Assembly: GCA_028697555.1 (NCBI GenBank) | Contig: JAQVEX010000001.1 | Span: 4,585-68,584 of the forward strand | Length of the DNA stretch: 64,000 bases | Origin: Lentimicrobiaceae bacterium | GTDB taxonomy: Bacteria; Bacteroidota; Bacteroidia; Bacteroidales; UBA4417 | Direction of reading: 5' to 3' | Shown here: positions 8,148 through 16,688 of the stretch, piece after piece | Layout of the letters: each line of letters begins with the position of its first letter | How positions within the stretch are numbered: position 1 is the stretch's first letter | The notes under the pieces: generated by a model | What the model saw: the letters and a program-made list of their open reading frames with translations, nothing else | Database searches by the model: none | Told to the model about the DNA's origin: nothing | Translations under genes and position numbers: made by a program

Positions 8148-10736
8148 ATGAAAAAATTATTGACGGTTTTATTTGCAATTCTTTCGTTGTCAGCGTATTG
8201 TCAGCTTATTGACGATTTTTCCGATGGCGATTTTACTAACAACCCAACTTGGGTAGGCGATGTTGATGCGTTTACTGTAAATACTTCGTATCAGTTGCAA
8301 CTAAACAGTAGCGGCTCGGATATATCGGCATTGTGTACTTCTATTCAAGTCCCGACGGAAGTGGAGTGGTCATTTTGGGTAAAATTACCTTTTTCTCCTT
8401 CGAGCAACAATAATGCAAGGGTTTATTTAATAGCCGATAACAGCGACTTAAAACAAGATTTAAACGGCTTTTATATTCAGCTTGGCGAATCCGGTTCCAA
8501 CGATGCTATAGAACTAGTCAAGCAAAGCGGAAGTCAGCATACGGTTATTTGTCGCGGTCAAGATGGAGCCATAGCTTCGTCGTTTACGGCACGCATAAAA
8601 GTTACTCGCACCGACGATGGATTGTGGTCGATATATAGCGATATGAGCGGAAATGAAAACTACATTTTGCAAGCTACCGGCAACGACAATACGCCTATTG
8701 TAGGACAATACATGGGAGTTTATTGCAAATACACGACTTCCAACAGCAATAAGTTTTATTTCGACGATTTTTGTGCAGGTGCTATACAATACGACACCAC
8801 TCCGCCGCAAGTGCTGTCGGTTAAGCCAATTTCCGATAATTCAATTGATATTGTGTTCAACGAAGCCGTTACAGATGCTACAGCCGGCAATGCCAATAAC
8901 TACAAGCTTTTGCCTAACAATATTACTCCTTATCAGGTGGAGGTTTTAGACCATGCGACAGTCAGATTAATTTTTAATATTTCCTTTGAAAGCGATTTAA
9001 TTTACAAGGTTCAGATTAAAAATATTTCCGATTTGGTTGGTAATGTAATGCCACAGACGGAAGTTGAATTTGCTTTTCATTCTGTTTCAGCATTCGATGT
9101 TTTGATAAATGAAATAATGGCTGACCCAACGCCTGTTGTTGGCTTGCCCGATGCCGAATATATCGAGTTGTACAATCGCACTGATTTTCCTATTAGTCTT
9201 GATAATTGGAAAATGAAAATAGGAAGATATTATAAAGATATATCTGATTTTACATTAGCACCTAAATCGTACGTTATACTTTGCGATGATGGCTCTGTTC
9301 CGCTTCTATCGGAGTATGGCGATATAATAGATTTTGAAACTTTTTCGTTGGCAAATTCGGGTGCCACGCTCATTTTGTACGACGATTTGGGTAATGTTAT
9401 TCATGCAGTTGAATATACCGACAAATGGTACAACAGCGATTACAAAAAAGACGGAGGTTGGTCTTTGGAATTGATTGACCCGAACAATCCTTGTGCTGCA
9501 CAAAGCAATTGGAGTGCATCGGTTAGCGATTTGGGAGGAACTCCCGGAAGTATAAACTCCATTTATGCATCAAATCCCGATACTACCAACCCGAAAATTT
9601 TGCGTGTAGGTGTTATTGATGAGTTTAATGTAGAAGTTTGGTTTACCGAGACTTGCGACAGCATTCAGATTGCAGATGTAAACAATTATTCAATAGATAA
9701 TAACATAGGCACACCGCTACGAGTTATTTTGTTTCCGCCTTTTTACAACAGAGTGCAATTGGTTTTGCCTACGGCTTTGCAAGCAGGAACTTTGTACAGC
9801 TTACAATGTTCGCAACTGATAAGCGATTGCGTTGGAAATACTTTTGTGCACACTGAGGGTGCAATTTTTGCAATTCCGACTCAAGCAGCCGAAAACGATA
9901 TAGTTATTAATGAATTTTTGTTCAATCCGTTTGCCGGAAGTGTTGATTGGGTCGAGATTTGGAATGTGTCCGAAAAAGTTATCGATTTAAAAACCTTGGT
10001 TTTATCAAATTACGATACTTCTACCAATGCAATTTTGAGTTATCACGAAATATCCGAAAATTCGCTGCTGATGCTGCCGCAACAGTACTATGTGCTTAGT
10101 ACTTCGCAAGAAAAAATTAAACCATACTACACCATACAAAATCCCGATGCTTTTATTGATATGAACTCAATGCCTACCATGAATAATGAAGACGGAACGA
10201 TTGCCTTATGTGCCAAAGGCGGTGGGTTTATTGATAAAGTGGCTTACACTTCCGATATGCACTTTGCTTTGCTAAAAGATGTAAAGGGTGTTTCGTTAGA
10301 ACGTATTAATCCGCAGACATCGTCGAGCCAGAGGAGCAATTGGCATTCGGCAGCAGAAACGGCAGGGTTTGCAACGCCCGGATACATAAATTCGCAATTC
10401 TCTCCGGTTGCGGTATCTGATGCACAATTGGACTTGGAACCCGAAGTGTTTTCGCCCGATAACGACGGCTACAACGATGTGTTGAAAATTTCAGTAAATA
10501 AAATAAAACCAGGAAGCGTAGTAAATATCACCATATTCGATTCTTTCGGTCAGATTGTTAGAAAACTGACTAACAACGAGCTTTCGGGAACATCGGCAGT
10601 GTTTTATTGGGACGGATTAAAAGATAATAACCAAAAAGCAAGTATTGGCAGATATATTGTCTTTGTTGAGGCATATGATTTGGAAGGCAAAGTCGTTAAA
10701 TTGAAAAAGACAACCGTACTTGGGGGAAAGCTGTAA
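8148..10736 (+). CDS. secreted lamin-tail-domain (LTD) protein with C-terminal T9SS type-B-like sorting domain
   Basis: 862 aa with a signal peptide. Two LTD-like segments (VLINEIMADPTP..EYIELYN and IVINEFLFNP..WVEIWN). C-terminal FSPDNDGYNDVLKI motif resembles CHU_C/type-B T9SS domains. Confidence 0.65.
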   Translation: MKKLLTVLFAILSLSAYCQLIDDFSDGDFTNNPTWVGDVDAFTVNTSYQLQLNSSGSDISALCTSIQVPTEVEWSFWVKLPFSPSSNNNARVYLIADNSDLKQDLNGFYIQLGESGSNDAIELVKQSGSQHTVICRGQDGAIASSFTARIKVTRTDDGLWSIYSDMSGNENYILQATGNDNTPIVGQYMGVYCKYTTSNSNKFYFDDFCAGAIQYDTTPPQVLSVKPISDNSIDIVFNEAVTDATAGNANNYKLLPNNITPYQVEVLDHATVRLIFNISFESDLIYKVQIKNISDLVGNVMPQTEVEFAFHSVSAFDVLINEIMADPTPVVGLPDAEYIELYNRTDFPISLDNWKMKIGRYYKDISDFTLAPKSYVILCDDGSVPLLSEYGDIIDFETFSLANSGATLILYDDLGNVIHAVEYTDKWYNSDYKKDGGWSLELIDPNNPCAAQSNWSASVSDLGGTPGSINSIYASNPDTTNPKILRVGVIDEFNVEVWFTETCDSIQIADVNNYSIDNNIGTPLRVILFPPFYNRVQLVLPTALQAGTLYSLQCSQLISDCVGNTFVHTEGAIFAIPTQAAENDIVINEFLFNPFAGSVDWVEIWNVSEKVIDLKTLVLSNYDTSTNAILSYHEISENSLLMLPQQYYVLSTSQEKIKPYYTIQNPDAFIDMNSMPTMNNEDGTIALCAKGGGFIDKVAYTSDMHFALLKDVKGVSLERINPQTSSSQRSNWHSAAETAGFATPGYINSQFSPVAVSDAQLDLEPEVFSPDNDGYNDVLKISVNKIKPGSVVNITIFDSFGQIVRKLTNNELSGTSAVFYWDGLKDNNQKASIGRYIVFVEAYDLEGKVVKLKKTTVLGGKL

Positions 10737-10791
10737 GTTTTTAGGTTAATTTTAATTGATTGTCCTATATGCTATTGGCTGGTGCGTGTTA

Positions 10792-10807
10792 TCCCGAAGT
10801 TTCGGGA
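10792..10807. repeat. core palindrome TCCCGAAGTTTCGGGA
   Basis: Palindromic 16-mer. Related copies at 1330-1345, 17848-17863, 41313-41328, 50392-50407; TTCCGAAATTTCGGAA at 11178-11193. Confidence 0.8.
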
Positions 10808-10808
10808 C

Positions 10809-10857
10809 GGGTTGCGTGGTTCGTGTTACGTGTTGCGTGGTTCGTGGTTCGTGGGAT
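10809..10857. repeat. heptamer array, 7 units
   Basis: GGGTTGC GTGGTTC GTGTTAC GTGTTGC GTGGTTC GTGGTTC GTGGGAT. Confidence 0.85.
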
Positions 10858-10877
10858 TTTCGACTTCCAACAAATTC

Positions 10878-11274
10878 AGCTAACGGCTGTCTTACAGTGA
10901 GGGTTCGGTGCTACGCACCTTGAACGTATGTGCAATTTATTCTATAAATGGTTCGGTGCTAACGCACCTTTTTGGATAACACCTTTTATGGGAAAGATGG
11001 TGGCAGTTTGGTACTGTGCTTATTTTGTTGATAAACGCAGCATCTGTATTTTCGATGGCAAATAACAAAAGCCGTGTAACGGCGTCCCATTTGTAACTGC
11101 AAAACAATAAACTTAAGTTAGGTGCGTAGCACCGAACCATTAAACCCAGTGTGTGAAAATATTTAAACTCGGAATTCTTCCGAAATTTCGGAACGTAAAT
11201 CCCATGCACCCTGCAACCCATCAATGGCTAATGGCTAAAAGCCAAGAGCCAAGAGCCAAGAGCCAAGAGCCAAG
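10878..11274. repeat. 397-bp tandem repeat unit, copy A (about 300 bp unique sequence plus a heptamer tail)
   Basis: Aligns base-for-base with 11275-11670: roughly 20 substitutions plus a 1-nt indel by eye. Contains arms GGTTCGGTGCTACGCACCT (10902-10920), AATGGTTCGGTGCTAACGCACCT (10947-10969), and reverse complement AGGTGCGTAGCACCGAACCATT (11120-11141). Confidence 0.9.
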
Positions 11275-11284
11275 AGCTAACGAC
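11222..11284. repeat. heptamer array, 9 units (tail of copy A)
   Basis: CAATGGC TAATGGC TAAAAGC CAAGAGC x5 TAACGAC. Confidence 0.85.
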
Positions 11285-11670
11285 TATCTTACAGTGAGGG
11301 TTCGGTGCTACGCACCTTGAACGTATGTGCAATTTATTCTATAAATGGTTCGGTGCTACGCACCTTTTTGGACAACACCTTTTATGGGAAAGATTGTGGC
11401 AGTTTGATACTGTGCTTATTTTGCTGATATACGCAGCATCTGTATTTTCGATGGCAATTAACAAAAGCCGTGTAACGGCGTCCCATTTGTAACTACAAAA
11501 CAATAAACTTAAGTTAGGTGCGTAGCACCGAACCATTAAATCCAGTGTGCGAAAATATTTAAACTCGGAATTCTCTCGAAATTTCGGAACTTAAATCCTA
11601 TGCACCCCGCAACCCATCAATGGCTAACGGCTAAAAGCCAACAGCCAACAGCCAAGAGCTAACAGCTAAC
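11275..11670. repeat. 397-bp tandem repeat unit, copy B
   Basis: Arms at 11299-11317, 11344-11365 and reverse complement at 11516-11537. The heptamer tail runs into the hemW 3' end. Confidence 0.9.
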
Positions 11671-11673
11671 AAT
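11618..11673. repeat. heptamer array, 8 units (tail of copy B), overlapping the hemW stop and last 4 codons
   Basis: CAATGGC TAACGGC TAAAAGC CAACAGC CAACAGC CAAGAGC TAACAGC TAACAAT. Unit content differs from the copy A tail. Confidence 0.85.
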
Positions 11674-12792
11674 AAACAAGTCCGATGCTATTTGGTCGGC
11701 GAAAATGCGTTGCGTTTTTGTTAAGGTCAGGTGATTATCTATCTCTGAAAAACATTCGGTTTTGTGTTGTTTTTCAATTTGAGTTATTAAGTAGTTGTAA
11801 TATTTCGAGCCGAATTTATTGCTAATCAGTTGTAAGTCAATTCCTATTGAAGTCCGAAGTGAGGTCATGATGTATTCGTTGAAATTATCGTTTAACGACA
11901 AATTTTCGCATTGAGCCGGAATTTTATTTTCGTTTATGCTCCTTATATATTCGGAAATATTACTTGTATTCCAACATCTGCGATTGTTGTTGAAGGAATG
12001 AGCTGAAGGTCCAATTCCCAAATACGGCGTATATTGCCAATAAGCGGAGTTATGTTTCGACTCAAAATTATCCACAGCATAGTTAGATATTTCGTAGTGA
12101 TTGTACCCTTTTCCTGTCAAAAAATCTTCAATCAAAAAGTATTGCTCTGTACTTGTGTCTTCGTTGGGAGATGCTTTTTTGTTATTTTCGATTTGCCATT
12201 TCAGTTGGGTTTTATCTTCAACAGAAAGCGAATAAGCCGAAATATGAGGAATTTTATTATCGCACATAAAAGCCAAATCGCTGATAAGCATGTTGTTATC
12301 AAGTGTTGGAATGCCGTAGATAAGGTCGATGCTCATGTTGTGGAAGCCGTGTTCCAAAGCACTTAGTATGCTATTGATAGCTTTTTCGCCGCTGTGGTTT
12401 CTGCCCAAATAATTTAAAGTCGCATCGTTTGTCGATTGTATTCCAATGCTCAGGCGGTTTATTCCAACGCTTTTCCACATCAGTAAGTTCTCTTTGCAAA
12501 TATCTTCCGGATTGGATTCCAAAGTAATTTCTTCAACATTACTAATATCGAAATTTTTACTAACGGCGTTGAAAATGCTTTCAATTTGTGATTTATTAAG
12601 CATTGATGGAGTTCCACCGCCAAAATATATAGTTTTTATCGGGTTTTTATCGAAGAAATTTTTTTGCAGATGGATTTCTTTTACAATCGCATCAACGCAT
12701 TCTTGCATTTTGCTTTTGGTGGCTAAGGAAAAGAAATTGCAATAACTGCACTTGCTACGGCAAAAAGGGATATGAACGTAAATTCCGCACAT
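11659..12792 (-). CDS. hemW: radical SAM heme chaperone / coproporphyrinogen III oxidase-like protein
   Basis: 377 aa. CRSKCSYCNF (CxxxCxxC) near the N-terminus, GGGTPS motif, HemN_C-like tail. The last four codons lie inside a heptamer array. Confidence 0.85.
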   Translation of the reverse strand: MCGIYVHIPFCRSKCSYCNFFSLATKSKMQECVDAIVKEIHLQKNFFDKNPIKTIYFGGGTPSMLNKSQIESIFNAVSKNFDISNVEEITLESNPEDICKENLLMWKSVGINRLSIGIQSTNDATLNYLGRNHSGEKAINSILSALEHGFHNMSIDLIYGIPTLDNNMLISDLAFMCDNKIPHISAYSLSVEDKTQLKWQIENNKKASPNEDTSTEQYFLIEDFLTGKGYNHYEISNYAVDNFESKHNSAYWQYTPYLGIGPSAHSFNNNRRCWNTSNISEYIRSINENKIPAQCENLSLNDNFNEYIMTSLRTSIGIDLQLISNKFGSKYYNYLITQIEKQHKTECFSEIDNHLTLTKTQRIFADQIASDLFIVSC

Positions 12793-12793
12793 G

Positions 12794-14323
12794 CTATTTG
12801 TTTAGTATAATTCTTAATGTGCTTCCTTTTCCAACAACGGAAGATTTTACAAATATTTTGCCCTTGTGATAATCGTTAATAATTCTTTTGGCAAGGGATA
12901 GCCCTAATCCCCAACCGCGTAGCTTGCTAGTGTAGCCGGGATTGAAAATAGCTTTGTGCATATTTCGGGGAATACCTTTTCCTGTATCTTCAATATCAAC
13001 CGTAACGGTGTGCTCTTGTTCGGTTATAATAATATTAATCTTGCCTTTTGAGCCGCCTATTGCGTCTATAGCATTTTTAATCAGGTTTTCTATAACCCAA
13101 CCGAACAGTTGCACATTCAGCGGCAGCATAATAACATCCGACGAACTTGTAATTTTGTACGATATTTTTTGCGAAGTACGAGTTTTAAGGTATTTTACAA
13201 CCGAATCGACGACAGAAACAATATCGGATTGCGTAAGAGTAGGTACTGAACCGATTTTAGAAAATCGGGAAGCGACCGTATTGAGCCGTTCCATATCTTT
13301 TTGCATTTCGCCGACAACATTAGGCTCAACATCTTTATCTTTCAAGTATTCCGTCCATGCTAGAAGCGAAGACAAAGGTGTTCCAAGCTGATGTGCCGTT
13401 TCTTTTGCAAGTCCAGCCCAAACCTGATTTTGTTCGCTGCGTTTTGAAGTGCTGAAAAGCATGTAAGAGATGAGAAAGAAAACGCCTATAATGGCAAATT
13501 GCAGGTACGGATAATAGCGAAGCTGTGTAAGAACTTTTGAATTTTTGTAGTAAATCCATTGGCTGCCTTTTCCTTCTATATCAAATGAGATAGGAGGATT
13601 TTCGGCTTTCATCTCATTTATAAGTTTGGTAACGTTTTCTTTATCGGATAGAATTTTTTCGGGGATATTTCCCGAAGCCACAACACAGTTGGCGGCGCTA
13701 TCGTAGATAATAACCGGAACCGAAGCCGCATTGTTTACAATATCATCATAAAAAGAGCTGATAAGCGAGTTAATCATATCTTGTACTTCGGTAAACAGTT
13801 TCGAGTCTTTGTAGTATATGTAGTTGACTTCATCTTTGTAATACCTGATGGGTATAGGAGGATAAACCGAAAATTCTTTTTCAATGTAGCCTTTCATACC
13901 CGGAATCGAAGTAGAGGTAAATACAGTATTGACTGTGGCTCTTATGTTACCTTCTTCATCGGTTAAAATAACGGGAATTGTTTTATTACCTTCAATTATT
14001 AGATTGTAAAAACTGATATCTTCGTCTAATGAGGCTGCGGCTATTTTTTTTTGAGCTTCGGCGTACAGTTCTACCTTGGCTCTTTCTTCGTCTTGAATTT
14101 GTTTAAAAAATTTATTGGTCGAAGTAACAATCTGCGAACGTTGTTTGATAGTAACAGCCCAATTATGTATCCGCATTTTTTCGTCACGAGATATTTGCAT
14201 TACCAGGTAATTCGAAACCCAGATAGAAAACATAATAATAACAACGGCAACAAGTAGTAATATCAGTTTCCAATACTGTTTTCTATTGTAAAAATCGTAG
14301 CTATTTGAATTGCCTGAATACAT
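12794..14323 (-). CDS. membrane sensor histidine kinase (no cognate response regulator in the window)
   Basis: 509 aa with two predicted TM segments. H-box ETAHQLGTPLSSL and ATPase boxes (NLIKNAIDA, DTGKGI, GWGLGLS). Stop is 1 nt from the hemW start. Confidence 0.8.
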   Translation of the reverse strand: MYSGNSNSYDFYNRKQYWKLILLLVAVVIIMFSIWVSNYLVMQISRDEKMRIHNWAVTIKQRSQIVTSTNKFFKQIQDEERAKVELYAEAQKKIAAASLDEDISFYNLIIEGNKTIPVILTDEEGNIRATVNTVFTSTSIPGMKGYIEKEFSVYPPIPIRYYKDEVNYIYYKDSKLFTEVQDMINSLISSFYDDIVNNAASVPVIIYDSAANCVVASGNIPEKILSDKENVTKLINEMKAENPPISFDIEGKGSQWIYYKNSKVLTQLRYYPYLQFAIIGVFFLISYMLFSTSKRSEQNQVWAGLAKETAHQLGTPLSSLLAWTEYLKDKDVEPNVVGEMQKDMERLNTVASRFSKIGSVPTLTQSDIVSVVDSVVKYLKTRTSQKISYKITSSSDVIMLPLNVQLFGWVIENLIKNAIDAIGGSKGKINIIITEQEHTVTVDIEDTGKGIPRNMHKAIFNPGYTSKLRGWGLGLSLAKRIINDYHKGKIFVKSSVVGKGSTLRIILNK

Positions 14324-14353
14324 TCTGAAACAAATTGCTTACCTATCAATTTA

Positions 14354-15316
14354 TTAGTTTTTTTTCTTCTCTTTCTCCTTCTCCTTCTCCTTCTCCTTCT
14401 CTTTCTCCATTTCTTCTTCTATTTTGAACAGTTCAGTTGCTCTTTTAATATCTTCAAGTTGTGCCGGAGTAGCTTTTGGGTATTTTATGTTTAATTTTTT
14501 AATGTTTTCAACTATTATATTAATGACTAATGTCCGCATAAACCATTTGTTATCGGCAGGGATAACGTACCATGGAGCGCAGTTAGTTGAGGTGTTGACG
14601 AGAGTATCTTCGTAGGCATCCATAAAATCTTTCCAATGTGCTCTATCTTCAACGTCTTTAATTGAAAACTTCCAGTTTTTATCGGGGTCTTCAATTCTAT
14701 CCACCAAACGACGTTTTTGTTCGGCTTTTGAAATGTTAAGGAAAAACTTGATTATTACAGTGCCGTTGTTGGTAAGGTATTTTTCAAAGTTATTGATATC
14801 TTTAAAGCGTGTATCCCAAAACTTTTGGTTGTTTTTAACATCTTTTGGAGAGTTTGGAAGTCGCTGGTATTCAATAAGTTTAGGGTGCACTCTTGTAACA
14901 ATAACTTCTTCGTAATACGAGCGATTAAAAATTCCGATTTTACCCCTTTCGGGAAGGCGTTTAATACATCGCCACATAAAATCGTGGTCTAATTCTTCGG
15001 GTGACGGAGCCTTAAAGCTGGTAATATCGCAACCCTGCGGATTTACACCTGACATAACGTGCTTTATTGTCCCGTCTTTGCCTGCCGCATCCATGGCTTG
15101 AAAAATAATCAAAACGGCGTATTTGTCTTGTGCGTAGAGAACTTCTTGCATCTCTTTAAGTTCGCTAATACTGCTTTGGATTTGTTCTAATGCTTCTGTT
15201 TTGTTGTTAAAGCCGTCAATATCAGGTTTAGTCATCTGACTAAAACGTCTATGAGCTTTGGGGTTATAAATATAACGTTCTGTATCCATAGTGTTTGCGG
15301 TTATAGGTTTGCCCAT
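14354..15316 (-). CDS. polyphosphate kinase 2 (PPK2) family protein with C-terminal (EK)n tail
   Basis: 320 aa. FQAMDAAGKDG P-loop-like motif, FNRSYYEEV, PPK2 lid region. Start is uncertain: ATG 15316 overlaps the upstream gene by 16 nt, with an alternative ATG at 15289. Confidence 0.8.
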   Translation of the reverse strand: MGKPITANTMDTERYIYNPKAHRRFSQMTKPDIDGFNNKTEALEQIQSSISELKEMQEVLYAQDKYAVLIIFQAMDAAGKDGTIKHVMSGVNPQGCDITSFKAPSPEELDHDFMWRCIKRLPERGKIGIFNRSYYEEVIVTRVHPKLIEYQRLPNSPKDVKNNQKFWDTRFKDINNFEKYLTNNGTVIIKFFLNISKAEQKRRLVDRIEDPDKNWKFSIKDVEDRAHWKDFMDAYEDTLVNTSTNCAPWYVIPADNKWFMRTLVINIIVENIKKLNIKYPKATPAQLEDIKRATELFKIEEEMEKEKEKEKEKEKEKKKN

Positions 15317-15897
15317 TTTAAGTAAGGCGATGTTTTATTTTCAAAATTAGAAATGTTTTCAAAAATTTCAGAAATATTATCGGAAATTATAAGCTGGTTT
15401 ATGTATTCTTCTTTAATAAATTTTTGGCTTATGCTGAATTTAATAAAATCTAAGAGCTTGTTGTAGTAGCCGAGTATATTGAATAATGCGACAGGTTTTG
15501 AAGTAACTCCTATTTGGTTTAGACTGATTATTTCGAAAAGCTCATCCAAAGTGCCCAAACCGCCTGGAAGTGCAATAATAGCATCAGATTTTTCAATCAT
15601 AACTTGTTTGCGTTCTTGCATATTTTCTACTTCAATAAATTGCGTGAGGTCTTTTTTGGCTATGTTAAACTTAATCAGTTCTTTTGGCATAATTCCTATA
15701 ACTTCGCCATTGTTCTCCAAAACTGCATCGGCAAGAGTTTGCATAAGTCCAAGCTTACTACCGCCGTATATTAAAGTCATGTTGTTTTTGGCAAGATATT
15801 CGCCGAGTTCTCCGGCTTTTTTAATGTACATGGGGTTGCTTCCTGAGGACGAGCCACAGAATACGCAGATGGTTTTTATATTATTAGTTTCGGTCAT
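15301..15897 (-). CDS. LOG family protein (cytokinin riboside 5'-monophosphate phosphoribohydrolase-like, TIGR00730-type)
   Basis: 198 aa. YGGSKLGLM and PGGLGTLDELFE signature motifs. Confidence 0.8.
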   Translation of the reverse strand: MTETNNIKTICVFCGSSSGSNPMYIKKAGELGEYLAKNNMTLIYGGSKLGLMQTLADAVLENNGEVIGIMPKELIKFNIAKKDLTQFIEVENMQERKQVMIEKSDAIIALPGGLGTLDELFEIISLNQIGVTSKPVALFNILGYYNKLLDFIKFSISQKFIKEEYINQLIISDNISEIFENISNFENKTSPYLKWANL

Positions 15898-15986
15898 TTA
15901 TTATGTGATATGATGAAAACACAAAGGTAAAAAAAATTTGTTTTAATGCTTGATTTTGCATTTTTCTTTTAATAATTAGTTAAGGC

Positions 15987-16676
15987 TTAGCCGGAAACGT
16001 ATTTAAAGTTAAATTCTTCGGCAAATATGGCTTTTAGTTTGTCTTTGACTTCCGACAAGTTCAAACTTTTATTCAAAATTTTTTGCATAGATGTAGCCGA
16101 ATTACTTGCAAATCCGCAAGGGTTAATCATGTTGTAATAACTTAAATCGGTATTAACGTTGAGAGCCAAACCATGCATGGTAATGCCTCTGCTGACTCTA
16201 ACACCTATTGCACATACTTTTTGTTCGCCGATATTGTCGATGTTTTTAGTCCAAACGCCGGTAGCATGATCAACACGGTGAGTCTTGATATTGTAAAGTG
16301 CGTTAAGTTTTATGATAACTTCTTCTAAGGAATTTACATATTGTTTTATTCCGATATTGAATTGCGACAAATTAAAGATTGGGTAGCACACAATTTGTCC
16401 GGGACCGTGATAGGTAATATCACCGCCCCTATTGGTATTATAAAATTCAATTCCTAATTGTTTGAGTTGAGCATTATTTATCAGCAAATTGTTTTCGATT
16501 CCGTTTTTACCCAAAGTATAAACGTGATTATGTTCGACAAAAAGCAAGTAATGTGAGGTTTTAGCGTTGGAGTCGGTTTTGGTTGCAGCAATACTATTCA
16601 GTAGGTCTTCTTGATACTTCCATGCTTCCCCGTACTGCATCGTACCTAAATCTTCAAAAATTACTTCTTCTTGCAT
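15987..16676 (-). CDS. lipB: lipoyl(octanoyl) transferase
   Basis: 229 aa. RGGDITYHGPGQ and KVCAIGV motifs. Sits directly downstream of lipA. Confidence 0.85.
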   Translation of the reverse strand: MQEEVIFEDLGTMQYGEAWKYQEDLLNSIAATKTDSNAKTSHYLLFVEHNHVYTLGKNGIENNLLINNAQLKQLGIEFYNTNRGGDITYHGPGQIVCYPIFNLSQFNIGIKQYVNSLEEVIIKLNALYNIKTHRVDHATGVWTKNIDNIGEQKVCAIGVRVSRGITMHGLALNVNTDLSYYNMINPCGFASNSATSMQKILNKSLNLSEVKDKLKAIFAEEFNFKYVSG

Positions 16677-16688
16677 TTTGCTGATACG

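Noticed and set aside
10937-11536. ORFs 10937-11224 (95 aa) and 11339-11536 (65 aa) on the minus strand inside the 397-bp tandem repeat, as possible duplicated small protein genes
   Set aside because: Six of seven substitutions in the shared part are non-synonymous. A 1-nt indel changes the C-terminus, and the N-terminal extension exists in only one copy. The ORFs run through the inverted-repeat arms, so the pattern fits neutral, non-coding DNA.
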